From: Blastocatellia bacterium
GTDB taxonomy: Bacteria > Acidobacteriota > Blastocatellia > RBC074
Assembly (NCBI GenBank): GCA_035331565.1
Contig: DAOLKO010000017.1
Location: 30,832 to 94,831 of the forward strand
Length of the DNA: 64,000 bases
Reading direction: 5' to 3'
In this document: piece after piece, positions 32,108-44,101 of the stretch
Numbering within the stretch: the stretch's first letter is position 1
Layout: each line of letters begins with the position of its first letter
Notes under the pieces: model-generated
The model's database searches: none
Told to the model about the DNA's origin: nothing
Seen by the model: only the letters and a program-made list of their open reading frames with translations
Program-made: the position numbers and the translations under genes

Positions 32108-32261
32108 CATTCAAAAACAATCAGCATCGCTTCTAATCCGTCCCGACACATCAAGCGCCCGTGCTGACGGCACACACTGTCGTGTCCACTATCAGCGCAG
32201 GTTTTAGCTACAAGGTAAAAAAACTAAGTTTTCGGTGCGTACTGAGAGCTTCTATTTTTCT

Positions 32262-32294
32262 CGCCGATTCGTATTCCAGTTATACGAATCGGCG
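32262..32294 (+). terminator. Perfect 13-bp inverted repeat (CGCCGATTCGTAT / ATACGAATCGGCG, 7-nt loop) followed by a T-rich stretch
   Basis: Read directly. Could be a comM terminator or an operator in the AT-rich 32108..32583 region. Confidence 0.45.
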
Positions 32295-32583
32295 TATTTC
32301 CGAGATTTAACTCACGGCGCATGAGTTGCTATTGCCTGCCTTGCGCATTGAAGGCGAAACGTCGCCTCCCAACACAAATAGCTCTTCCCCAAATGCAGTG
32401 TTACCTGATTCAATCTCTTCAAATTGTGCAAGTAGCATTCACATAACAACCAAATAAGTAACAACCGAGTAACACACGGAATTCCTTCCCTTTCGCCGGC
32501 AACGTCTAACATTCGTCGGGCGCTAGGCACAAAGGATGCCATCAGGATCAATAAGCTACAGGAGTCTCACAAGGAGGAAATTC

Positions 32584-34446
32584 ATGCTTAAGTTCGAAAG
32601 AAGAATCGCTTTGTTAATTTGCGCTGTCGCGCTTTGTCTGGCGGGGCTGGTTTGGGGGCGGATGATGACCGTTTCAGCGGATACGACCGCTATTATTTGC
32701 GGAACGGTATCGGCGTTTTCGCCCGCGACCGATACGGCATCAGGCTCCATTAGAATTGCAGGCACGACACGAACGATAGCTTCCGGCACCGCGCTTGGCG
32801 GCGTGATGGTGGGCGCGAATGTTTGTTTGAACGCTTCGCTGAACAGCGTGGGAGAAATCACTTCGCCCACAACCGTGACCGTCAACTCCAATCCGGTGCC
32901 GACGGTTTGCGGTGTCCTAACCGCCTACAGCGCGGCGACCCAAACAACGGCGGGAAATCTCGTCATCGGCGGAATCGCTTATGCCATCGCTCCGGGAATA
33001 ACGCTGGGCGGTGAAAGCTTGATTATGACAGGAGCTAATCTTTGCCTTTCACCTGTCTTTACAGGTTCCGGCCAGATTGGCACCGGCAGTGTTATTAGTT
33101 CGTCCACGCCGAACAATTGCCTGCAATTGCCGGTTCCGGGAATCACAAAAGGCTTCACCACGGGGCAGGATGTTTTTGCCCTGCCGCAGCCGTTTTTCAT
33201 GACGGCGACTTCGGCGGTGGATGCAAACACACGCACGTTCAATATCTCGCCGGCGACGTTCGGAAACACGGTGGTCGGGCTGGGCGGCTTGCCGACGCTT
33301 GATCCGCAGGGACTGAGTTTCTCCACGCCGAACGGCAGCCTGACGCTTCTTTCCTGCTTAGACAGTATTTGGGACGTAGCCTTCGTCATCGCCGGCACGG
33401 GAGCCACGACCGGAGACACGGTTTCCATTTTCCTGACCAGCGCCGGCGGAATAAGAACCGTCGTGGCTGATTTCGCGATTGAAGCAGGCGGTGCCAGGCT
33501 GACGACGATTCATCCCGGCGTCAGACTGTTTTTGGACAATCGGCAAGCCAACGGCACGGCGGTGAGCGTTGGGACGCTGCTTCCGTTTTCCAATGACGCG
33601 GCAACGGCGGGACGGCGCACCGGCTTGCTGCTTTTGAATGTGCTGATGGATCCGGGCGCTCCGTTTAACGATTGTTTCCAATTGGGCGTCAACTTGACGC
33701 GCGGAGCTGGCGTGGGAACCACCTCTCTGTTGATCGCCGATGTTCAGTTAATGAGGAGCGAATTGCCCGGAGATCGTTCGCGGGTTGGAACGGGCTTGCG
33801 ATTCGGCAGCACGGGCGGTTTTCCGACGGGGCTGATTTGCCAGGCGGTTTGCCCTTCGTGCCCGACTGACAACGTCGTGCAGCCGCCGCAGGTTATTAAA
33901 TGCAGCACGATTTGCTTCTACTCGCCCGGCTTCTTCCTGCTCAACCCTGGTCGTATGCCTACCGGCGGCGCGGTGCTGGTTCCGGGCTTCAACGTCAATA
34001 CTCCGCTGAGCGTCGGCAACAACTTCAGCATCATCAACGGAGTGCTGCAAGGCAATGGTCTTTATGGCGGAACGATGACGCCCGCTCAACGCTTTGCCCA
34101 GCAATACGTCACAGCGCAAATGAATCTGATCAACGGCAGCGGCGGCGGCGGGATCGAAGCCGACGTGTTGTGGGCCGGCCTCAGTTGCTACGGCCTGGAT
34201 TTCACGCCCATCACCCTGAGCAACGGAACCACGCTTTCGCCCGAATCCATGCTCAAGGACCTGTTTATGCAAGCGCGTTTTGCGGCCACCAATCAAGCGC
34301 GAACCGACGCCGACCTGAACGCCTTGTCCAACCTCTTCGCGCGGCTCAACGGCAACAGTCTTGCCGGGTGCAACAGCAACCGGCAAGCTCTCGCGCCGAA
34401 CCGTCCGGCGAATTCAATCCGGCTCGACCGCACCGGCTTGAATTGA
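32584..34446 (+). CDS. Hypothetical secreted Thr/Gly/Ser-rich protein with two N-terminal Cys-containing tandem repeats
   Basis: Start ATG 32584 (MLKFERRIALLICAVALCLA) with a GGAGGA RBS. Repeats CGTVSAFSPATDTASGSIRIAG... and CGVLTAYSAATQTTAGNLVIGG... No known domain. Confidence 0.7.
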   Translation: MLKFERRIALLICAVALCLAGLVWGRMMTVSADTTAIICGTVSAFSPATDTASGSIRIAGTTRTIASGTALGGVMVGANVCLNASLNSVGEITSPTTVTVNSNPVPTVCGVLTAYSAATQTTAGNLVIGGIAYAIAPGITLGGESLIMTGANLCLSPVFTGSGQIGTGSVISSSTPNNCLQLPVPGITKGFTTGQDVFALPQPFFMTATSAVDANTRTFNISPATFGNTVVGLGGLPTLDPQGLSFSTPNGSLTLLSCLDSIWDVAFVIAGTGATTGDTVSIFLTSAGGIRTVVADFAIEAGGARLTTIHPGVRLFLDNRQANGTAVSVGTLLPFSNDAATAGRRTGLLLLNVLMDPGAPFNDCFQLGVNLTRGAGVGTTSLLIADVQLMRSELPGDRSRVGTGLRFGSTGGFPTGLICQAVCPSCPTDNVVQPPQVIKCSTICFYSPGFFLLNPGRMPTGGAVLVPGFNVNTPLSVGNNFSIINGVLQGNGLYGGTMTPAQRFAQQYVTAQMNLINGSGGGGIEADVLWAGLSCYGLDFTPITLSNGTTLSPESMLKDLFMQARFAATNQARTDADLNALSNLFARLNGNSLAGCNSNRQALAPNRPANSIRLDRTGLN

Positions 34447-34705
34447 CGCAAACCAGTATGAAGGCGATGCGTACACAGGCACCCGCTAAGCAGTCACTTT
34501 CCATTTTGATTTGTCATTCGCCATTGTTCGAAGCCGGCGCGTCTCCCACGAACAATGACAATTTGAAAATAGCAAACGGAAAGTGGAAAACAGCGATTCT
34601 CACGCGGAACTTTTATCCATCCGCTTCCGAACGCAAGGGCTTGCTTAATCTCTCGCGTTCGGAAACCTGAAGATCGAAGAAGATGACGAGTCTGTTGGTT
34701 GAAAC

Positions 34706-34945
34706 TCAGCCTTTGGTTTGACAATCATCCTTATTGGCGACGCACGAGCCATCCGGGCATTTGAACAGCATGCCGCAATCGCCGTTCTCGTCCTTCACGA
34801 ACGTGGTTGCGTGCTTCATGAAATCCGCGCGGGTCGGGGCAATCGCCGCCAAAGACCGCAAGGCTTCTTTCTTCCATTTGATCTCCGAATGATGTCCCGG
34901 CACATTGTCCAGGTATTTTTGCAACAACTCTTCTGAAACCGCCAT
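34706..34945 (-). CDS. Small Cys-rich hypothetical protein (79 aa) downstream of the PD40 kinase
   Basis: AAGGAG RBS 9 nt upstream. C-terminal CGMLFKCPDGSCVANKDDC four-Cys cluster. Confidence 0.6.
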   Translation of the reverse strand: MAVSEELLQKYLDNVPGHHSEIKWKKEALRSLAAIAPTRADFMKHATTFVKDENGDCGMLFKCPDGSCVANKDDCQTKG

Positions 34946-35070
34946 AGATCAAGCTCCTTTTTTCGTGATCGGTGTAATGCTTCAGCAGCCTCACTCTCAT
35001 TGTCCTTACAATGGTCTCGGCTGCTGCATAGGGAAGGGCGCAAAAAGCGATGAAAAACTGCCACGCCGCC

Positions 35071-38124
<3,054 letters not shown>

Positions 38125-38161
38125 AGGGGGAATGGAGGAAACAAGGTGGAGATGCTGCGCG

Positions 38162-38716
38162 TCAGGCCCGGCTCAGTTGGTGAAAGAGCCAGGCGCGCGC
38201 CAGCTTCCATTCGCGCGCGACGGTGCGCGGCGAAATGCCGAGGAACGTTGCAATTTCTTCAACGGCGAGGCCGCCGAAAAACTTGAGTTCGACGATCCTG
38301 CCGCGGCGCGGGTCGAATTGTTCGAGCGTCGTCAACGCATCGTGCAGCGCCTCGAAATCCGCCTCGCGTTCGGTGCTTTGCCCGTCTGCTTCACTCAACG
38401 AAACCTTGATGCCCTTGCGTTTGCGCGCGTGGTCAACCAGGACGTTGCGCATCACGCCCGCCGCCACGCCGAAAAACTGCGTGCGGCTTTCCCACGCGAT
38501 GTTTTGCCAATCAATCAGCCGCATGAACGCCTCATTGACCAGCGCCGTCGTTTGCAAGGTGTGCCCCGCGCGCTCGTTACGCAAACGCACGCGTGCCATC
38601 CGATGCAACTCAGCTTCGACCAGCGGCACCAGGCGTTCCAACGCCTGCGCATCGCCCGCGCTCCAGGCGCTCAGCCATTGCGTGACTTCCTGCGGCGACG
38701 GTGTGTCCACGCTCAA
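38162..38716 (-). CDS. ECF-type sigma-70 family RNA polymerase sigma factor (STK-associated subgroup)
   Basis: Region 2 (ALVNEAFMRLIDW) and region 4 HTH (LAVEEIATFLGISPRTVAREW). The N-terminal TQWLSAWSAGDAQALERL motif is typical of the kinase-coupled ECF group. Confidence 0.85.
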   Translation of the reverse strand: MSVDTPSPQEVTQWLSAWSAGDAQALERLVPLVEAELHRMARVRLRNERAGHTLQTTALVNEAFMRLIDWQNIAWESRTQFFGVAAGVMRNVLVDHARKRKGIKVSLSEADGQSTEREADFEALHDALTTLEQFDPRRGRIVELKFFGGLAVEEIATFLGISPRTVAREWKLARAWLFHQLSRA

Positions 38717-38928
38717 TCGCTCCCTTTCTTGAATTGTGGTGATTGTGAGTCAATGCGAAAAAACGCGCGCAATTTAGCACAGCTTGGGACAGGCCGCTAT
38801 TTTGCCGGGCGGCGCGAACTTTTTTTGCGCGGCGTGGCAGTTTCTTCCGTCCATTTACGCCCTCAGCAACGGGAAGCTTTCGGCTGGCTCTTCCCCAACA
38901 CCAAACCCGTAACAAGGAGAACAACACA

Positions 38929-39501
38929 ATGCCTACGGCTTACACAAAAAAACTCGCGACAGTCGCGCAGGCGCAATACGACAAGTACCATTGGCTGCAT
39001 GAGGACGATGCGCCCTTAGCCGCCCAGATCAAAAAATACTGGCAGGAAATCAATCTGAATTTTCCCGACGTTGATACGCCCTGGTCGGCGGTCTTCGTTT
39101 CCTGGTGCATCTCGAACGCCGGTGCCGGCAGCGATGAATTCAAATTCGCGGCGGCTCACTCCGTCTTCGTCCACTGGGCCATCAAGAATGCAACGGCGGG
39201 CACGGGACTGTTTCAAGGCTTCGCCATTTCGGACTATGCCCCGCAACTCGGCGACATCATCCAACACAACCGCGGCGGCAATCATTTCGATTTCGCCTTT
39301 GCCACGGCTAACAAAAATTACATCTCGCATTCGGCCATCGTGGTCGAGACCGGCGAAGACCCGCAGGGCAAATACGCGCTCACCATCGGCGGCAACGAAG
39401 GCGATTCGGTGGGCCGCAAACTGGTGCGGTTGAAGCCCAACGGCTTGATCAAGCAGCGGGAAAACAGCCCCTTCATCTGCGTCATTCGGAACTTGAAATG
39501 A
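38929..39501 (+). CDS. Hypothetical protein, possible papain-fold (Cys/His) hydrolase; tentatively DUF2272-like
   Basis: PWSAVFVSWCI (candidate nucleophile Cys) and YISHSAIVV (candidate His). AAGGAGAA RBS. The family assignment is from memory only. Confidence 0.5.
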   Translation: MPTAYTKKLATVAQAQYDKYHWLHEDDAPLAAQIKKYWQEINLNFPDVDTPWSAVFVSWCISNAGAGSDEFKFAAAHSVFVHWAIKNATAGTGLFQGFAISDYAPQLGDIIQHNRGGNHFDFAFATANKNYISHSAIVVETGEDPQGKYALTIGGNEGDSVGRKLVRLKPNGLIKQRENSPFICVIRNLK

Positions 39502-39587
39502 GTTGAGCCAAAACGGCGGCAAAAGAAAAGAACCCGAACCAGCTGCGTAGCGGTTCGTTCTCGGCACGCTTTCCCATCGGAGGTTTC

Positions 39588-40568
39588 ATGAAAAGAATTT
39601 GGTTATTGCTTGTCCTGTGCGGCGGCCTATTGCTCGCCGCCTGCGGAAGCCACGGCACGCCGAAAATCCCGACCGGCATTTCCCGCCAAGGCATCGGCGA
39701 ATATGCCGCCGTCACCTTTCAAAAGGACTACGAGAACTACACAAAACAGGTGAATGAAAACAATGTGGAGGCCGCCCGGCTGATTCGTGACCGGCTGATT
39801 AATCGCATTGAGTTGGACATCGAACGGAATTACCGCGAATACGAAGCCAAGCTGTTTTACAACCGCTCCAGCGGCAACGTCGCTGCCGACATCGTTGACC
39901 TGGGTATGTCCGCAGCGGTCGGGGCGACGGCGGAAGTCGCAGTCAAAGATATGCTGGCGGCGGCGCTGACCAGTTTCAAAGGCGCACGGCTTTCGTTCGA
40001 CCGGAACTTCTTCCGCGAAAAGACGACCGAGATCATCGTCTCGAAGATGCAAGCCTACCGCGACCGCGTGCGCAATCGAATTACCGAAAAGATGGCGAAG
40101 CTCGGCGCGCGGGAATATCCCTTCGAAGCCGCCTGGCGCGATCTGGTCGAGCATTTTTATGCTGGCACCTTGCAAGGCGGCCTTCAGTCGCTCGCCAACG
40201 ATGCAGGCAAGGAGGCCGCTGCCGCCAAAGAGGAAACCAAGGAAATCGAACGTGAATTGCTTTGTGTACCCTCCGAGGATGATGTGGCGCGTGCCAGGGA
40301 AATTCGCGGACGCTTTGCCAGGCTGGTCGAGAACCTAAATTCATCCAATGCGGACACCGCCAAAACCGCACGCCAACAAGCACAGGAATTACTGACGAAA
40401 CTGGGCGGTTCAGTTGTGCTTGTCGGCAATGACGACGCCGACGGCAAAAAGCTGCGAACGGCACTGGAACCATTTATCAGGGACAGTTTCAGCAGAACCA
40501 GCGACGGAAAATGCAGCGCCAAATCGGCGGCGATTCTGCTTGAGGGCTTGCCCAAATTGCCCCAATAA
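39588..40568 (+). CDS. Hypothetical lipoprotein (326 aa)
   Basis: Lipobox LLLAACGS after a signal peptide; largely alpha-helical and charged; no known domain. Confidence 0.7.
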   Translation: MKRIWLLLVLCGGLLLAACGSHGTPKIPTGISRQGIGEYAAVTFQKDYENYTKQVNENNVEAARLIRDRLINRIELDIERNYREYEAKLFYNRSSGNVAADIVDLGMSAAVGATAEVAVKDMLAAALTSFKGARLSFDRNFFREKTTEIIVSKMQAYRDRVRNRITEKMAKLGAREYPFEAAWRDLVEHFYAGTLQGGLQSLANDAGKEAAAAKEETKEIERELLCVPSEDDVARAREIRGRFARLVENLNSSNADTAKTARQQAQELLTKLGGSVVLVGNDDADGKKLRTALEPFIRDSFSRTSDGKCSAKSAAILLEGLPKLPQ

Positions 40569-40600
40569 CCATCAAGAAAAGGCAAGAAAAGGAGTAAACC

Positions 40601-40933
40601 ATGTCTACTGCATTCGACCTGCGCGGCAACTTAACATTGGCAGAAATGACCAATGCTTTGATCGTCAAAGAGCAAACCGGTTTTGTCAGGCTGACCAAAC
40701 TGGCGGCCAAAACCATCGGCGGCCAACGCCGCACGGAGGCTACTTTTGTGGATGATCCTTCCGTCGCTCCGCCGCCGAACTTACATCTGGTCGCGGTACA
40801 AGACGGCGACAATCTAACGGCGGTTGTAGCCACGCAACTCGCCCTCGGTCGTACTTTGCTCAACCCCGCAGGGCAACCGTTTTCTGTCTTCGTCAACGAC
40901 CAGCCCGCCAAAGTGTTGGTCTTTCGGGAATGA
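40601..40933 (+). CDS. Hypothetical protein (110 aa)
   Basis: ORF immediately downstream of the lipoprotein gene, followed by a GCCCTGTCC/GGACAGGGGC hairpin. Confidence 0.5.
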   Translation: MSTAFDLRGNLTLAEMTNALIVKEQTGFVRLTKLAAKTIGGQRRTEATFVDDPSVAPPPNLHLVAVQDGDNLTAVVATQLALGRTLLNPAGQPFSVFVNDQPAKVLVFRE

Positions 40934-41045
40934 GCGCCCTGTCCTTCAGGAAATTTACAGCAAGCGAGGACAGGGGCGAATGCGCCAGTGACCTGTCCTC
41001 GACTTCAATCACAAATTGAATCACCAAACTTTGGAGGAATTTGTC

Positions 41046-42035
41046 ATGCGTCAATGGAACGTACTCGGATTCGTGCGTCCACTGCTCGTTGTCCTGAGCC
41101 TGATGACCGGGCTGGCCATAGCCGGGCGGGCGGCAGACCCCGGCACGGAACTGCCGGCCACGTCGGAAATCAGCGATCAAAAACTCGGCTCCGTGCTGAT
41201 TTATCCGCTCGCGTTGTCCGGGGCTGCCGCCAATCAGGAAAACACGCGGTTTTCCATCACCAATCACAGCCTCACTTCGGCGGCGTTCATTCGTCTTCTC
41301 TTTATCAACGGCGTGAATGGGGCGGTGACGGATACTTTTATCTGTCTGACGGCGGGCCAGACGGCGACGTTTCTCCATTCGGACGTGGATCCGGGTGTGC
41401 GCGGATTTCTGGTTGGAATCTCCATAGACGGCGTTACCGGCGTGCCGAACAATCTCAATCAATTGTTCGGTGAAGCGAGCGTCAAACTCGCCGGCGGTCA
41501 TCAAGCCGGCTACAAGGCGGAAGCCATTGCCGCCGTTGCCGCCAATCCTGCTTCGGTGAATGGCAGCAATGCCACGCTGGCTTTTGACGGAACCAGCTAC
41601 AACCGATTGCCGCGCGCGCTGGCCGTAGATCGGCTGAAAAGCACTGCGGACGGCAATTCGACCATTCTGGCGCTGTGCCGCGTGGACGGGAATTACAACG
41701 TCGCTCTCGGCAGCCTGGGCGCGATCACCGGCACGATGTTCAACGACGCCGCCCAAGCCGCTCCATTCACACTGACCGGCGCGACGCAGGAATTCATCAC
41801 CTTGTCCGATGCCTTCCCGATTACTCCCGTGTATTCGCAATTGATCTCGGCGGGACGTTCAGGCTGGCTGCAAATCTGGCGGGATGCCGACGCGCCCTTG
41901 ATCGGCGCTACGCTCAATTTCAACGCCGGCACCGGATCGAACGGCAGCCGGTTCAACGGCGGCCACAACCTGCGCAAGCTGACGTTGACCGCCGCCGGTT
42001 CCATCACCGTTTCGATTTTAGCCCCTCCTTGTTGA
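41046..42035 (+). CDS. Secreted hypothetical protein; N-terminal domain paralogous to that of the 42095 protein
   Basis: Start ATG 41046 (MRQWNVLGFVRPLLVVLSLMTGLAIA) with a GGAGGA RBS. Shares the SDQKLGS(V/I)L(I/V)Y...AGRSGWL...GATLNFNA pattern with 42095..43963. Confidence 0.7.
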   Translation: MRQWNVLGFVRPLLVVLSLMTGLAIAGRAADPGTELPATSEISDQKLGSVLIYPLALSGAAANQENTRFSITNHSLTSAAFIRLLFINGVNGAVTDTFICLTAGQTATFLHSDVDPGVRGFLVGISIDGVTGVPNNLNQLFGEASVKLAGGHQAGYKAEAIAAVAANPASVNGSNATLAFDGTSYNRLPRALAVDRLKSTADGNSTILALCRVDGNYNVALGSLGAITGTMFNDAAQAAPFTLTGATQEFITLSDAFPITPVYSQLISAGRSGWLQIWRDADAPLIGATLNFNAGTGSNGSRFNGGHNLRKLTLTAAGSITVSILAPPC

Positions 42036-42094
42036 GCGCCATCCGCGAAAACCAAATCGAGACTAACTGAAGAGTTTTTGAAGGGAGATTCACC

Positions 42095-43963
42095 ATGCCG
42101 AATTTATTCAAACGTAGTTCATTGCTTGAGGGAAAGCGGAACAGATTTCAGTCTATTCGGTTCCGAGGACAGGCTGAAGCCCGTCCCACTTTGTTGCTGA
42201 TGTTGTTGCTGATGTTCTTTTCCGGCGCGGTTTGGGCGCAAACACCGCCGGGCACGGCCTTCCCGAACACTTCGGAGTTGAGCGACCAGAAACTCGGCTC
42301 CATTTTGGTCTACAACTACATTACTGCCGGGGGCGATCCCGCGACACAAAATACCGAACTAAATCTGACCAACACTCATCCGACGACGCCGGTAACGGTG
42401 CGGCTGTTTTTGGTTCGGGAAACGGGGCGTCCCATCAGTTTCTTTGTCACGCTGGCACCGCGCCAAACCGCCGGCTATCTGGTCAGCGATTTGTTGCAGG
42501 GTTTCAGCGTCAACGGCTATGCCGTGGCCGTGGCGGTGAACAGCGCCACGGGCTGTCCGATCAATTTCAACCATCTGGCCGGAGACGCGTTTATCAAACT
42601 CTCCGCCGGCCAGCGCGCGGGATTGCAGGCCGTCGCCATCGCCGCCATTGCTGCCAGTCCAGCCACGTGCAGCGGCGGTTCGACGACGCTGAATTTCGAC
42701 GGCACGAGTTACAACAAACTGCCGCGCGTGCTTTCGCTGAACAACATTCCGTCCCGAGTGGATGGAAACGACACCTTGTTAATCGTCAATCGCATCGGCG
42801 GCGACCTGACTTCCACAATGGCGACGGTGGGCACGCTGTTTGGACTCATCAGCGACGACGCGGAAAACTCTTTAAGTTTCTCTTTGAGCAGTTCGTCCAG
42901 CCAGTTACGTGGCATTTTGAGCGACGCCTTTCCCCGCCTCACACCGCGATTCACAATTTATATTCCGGCTGGGCGAAGCGGTTGGCTGCGAGTGTATAGC
43001 TTGCAGGATAACGCGTATCTCGGCGCGACGCTGAACTTCAACGCGAGCGCAGGATCATCGGCGAACGCCTATAACAACGGCCAGAACTTGACGCATAGAA
43101 CGCTGACGGTCGGCGGCACGACATTGACGATGCTGGTTTCTCCGCCGCCTTGCACCAACGCCATTGCGCCGGCCGGCGTGCAGCAGCCGAGCAGCGGCGG
43201 CAGCGGCAGCGTCACCATCACCGCGTTTTCCGATTGTTTGTGGACGGCGACCAGCAACGCCGCGTGGATCACCATCACTTCCGCAGCCAATGGCGCGGGC
43301 AACGGAATACTGAATTACTCCGCGGCGGCCAATCCGGGAACCACTCCGCGCACCGGCACGCTGACCGTCGCCGGGCAAACCTTCACCGTTACGCAGGCGG
43401 GCAATTGCCCTGTCATCACGATCAATCCGGCGACCTTGACCAGCGCCCGCGTCGGCGTGCCGTCCAACCAAACACTGACGGCCAGTGGAGGCGTTTCGCC
43501 GTACACCTTCGCCATCACCGCCGGAAGCCTGCCGATTGGGATGAGTTTGAGTTCGAGCGGCGTGTTGTCGGGCGTTCCGGCGCAACCGGCCACTTACAGC
43601 TTCACCGTGAGGGCGACGGGCAGTAACGGCTGCGCGGGAATTCGCAGTTATCAATTGGTCGTCATTCCAGCCTGCAACCTGACGATCAATCCGGCGAGTT
43701 TGCCGGCGGGAATTGCCGGAACGCCTTACAGCCAAACATTGACAGCCGGCGGCGGCGGCGCGCCGTACACCTTCGCGCTCAGCGACGGCGCGTTGCCGGG
43801 CGGCTTGAGTCTGTCCGCCGGCGGCGCGCTGACCGGCACGCCGACCACGGCGGGCACATTTACCTTCAGCGTCCGAGGCAGGGATTCCGCGCTGCCCGCT
43901 TGTACCGGCGAACGCCGATACACAGTGACGATCAATCCAGGCGGCAATTCGCCGCGAAAGTAA
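42095..43963 (+). CDS. Secreted hypothetical protein: paralogous N-domain + BACON-like domain + two to three Ig-like (He_PIG/dystroglycan-type) repeats
   Basis: AAGGGAG RBS before ATG 42095; an alternative start at ATG 42200 cannot be excluded. BACON-like CLWTATSNAAWITI...VAGQTFTVTQ. Ig-like repeats of the form NPA.L..G..G.PY.Q.LTA.GG..PYTF....G.LP.G..L. Confidence 0.75.
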   Translation: MPNLFKRSSLLEGKRNRFQSIRFRGQAEARPTLLLMLLLMFFSGAVWAQTPPGTAFPNTSELSDQKLGSILVYNYITAGGDPATQNTELNLTNTHPTTPVTVRLFLVRETGRPISFFVTLAPRQTAGYLVSDLLQGFSVNGYAVAVAVNSATGCPINFNHLAGDAFIKLSAGQRAGLQAVAIAAIAASPATCSGGSTTLNFDGTSYNKLPRVLSLNNIPSRVDGNDTLLIVNRIGGDLTSTMATVGTLFGLISDDAENSLSFSLSSSSSQLRGILSDAFPRLTPRFTIYIPAGRSGWLRVYSLQDNAYLGATLNFNASAGSSANAYNNGQNLTHRTLTVGGTTLTMLVSPPPCTNAIAPAGVQQPSSGGSGSVTITAFSDCLWTATSNAAWITITSAANGAGNGILNYSAAANPGTTPRTGTLTVAGQTFTVTQAGNCPVITINPATLTSARVGVPSNQTLTASGGVSPYTFAITAGSLPIGMSLSSSGVLSGVPAQPATYSFTVRATGSNGCAGIRSYQLVVIPACNLTINPASLPAGIAGTPYSQTLTAGGGGAPYTFALSDGALPGGLSLSAGGALTGTPTTAGTFTFSVRGRDSALPACTGERRYTVTINPGGNSPRK

Positions 43964-44021
43964 CGGAAAGCCGGGAGCGCCGAACGCTAGTTCCGCGCTT
44001 AAGAGATGCCAAATAACGATG

Positions 44022-44084
44022 AAAATGTGGGACAGGCTTTAGCCTGTCGCCACCGTGGACAGACTAAAGCCCGTCCCACATTTT
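44022..44084. promoter_or_regulatory. 63-bp near-perfect palindrome (27-bp arms, 2 mismatches, 9-nt spacer) built from two inverted copies of a GACAG(A/G)CT(A/G)AAGCCCGTCCCAC element, ~20 nt upstream of the giant-protein RBS
   Basis: Read directly. A third copy lies at 42168..42189. A related GCCCTGTCC/GGACAGGGGC IR lies at 40935..40977. Confidence 0.7.
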
Positions 44085-44101
44085 CCGAGGAGCTTACTGC
44101 C

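Noticed and set aside
42137-42165. GGAAC...GTTCCG short inverted repeat upstream of the 22-bp element, considered as an ECF-type -35 (GGAAC) promoter
   Set aside because: The arms are only 6 bp and there is no convincing -10 at the appropriate spacing. Left as unassigned.
44006-44101. N-terminal 32-codon extension of the giant-protein ORF (MPNNDENVGQALACRHRGQTKARPTFSEELTA)
   Set aside because: It reads straight through a 63-bp palindrome and has a weak RBS. ATG 44102 has a GAGGAG RBS and is immediately followed by a signal peptide.
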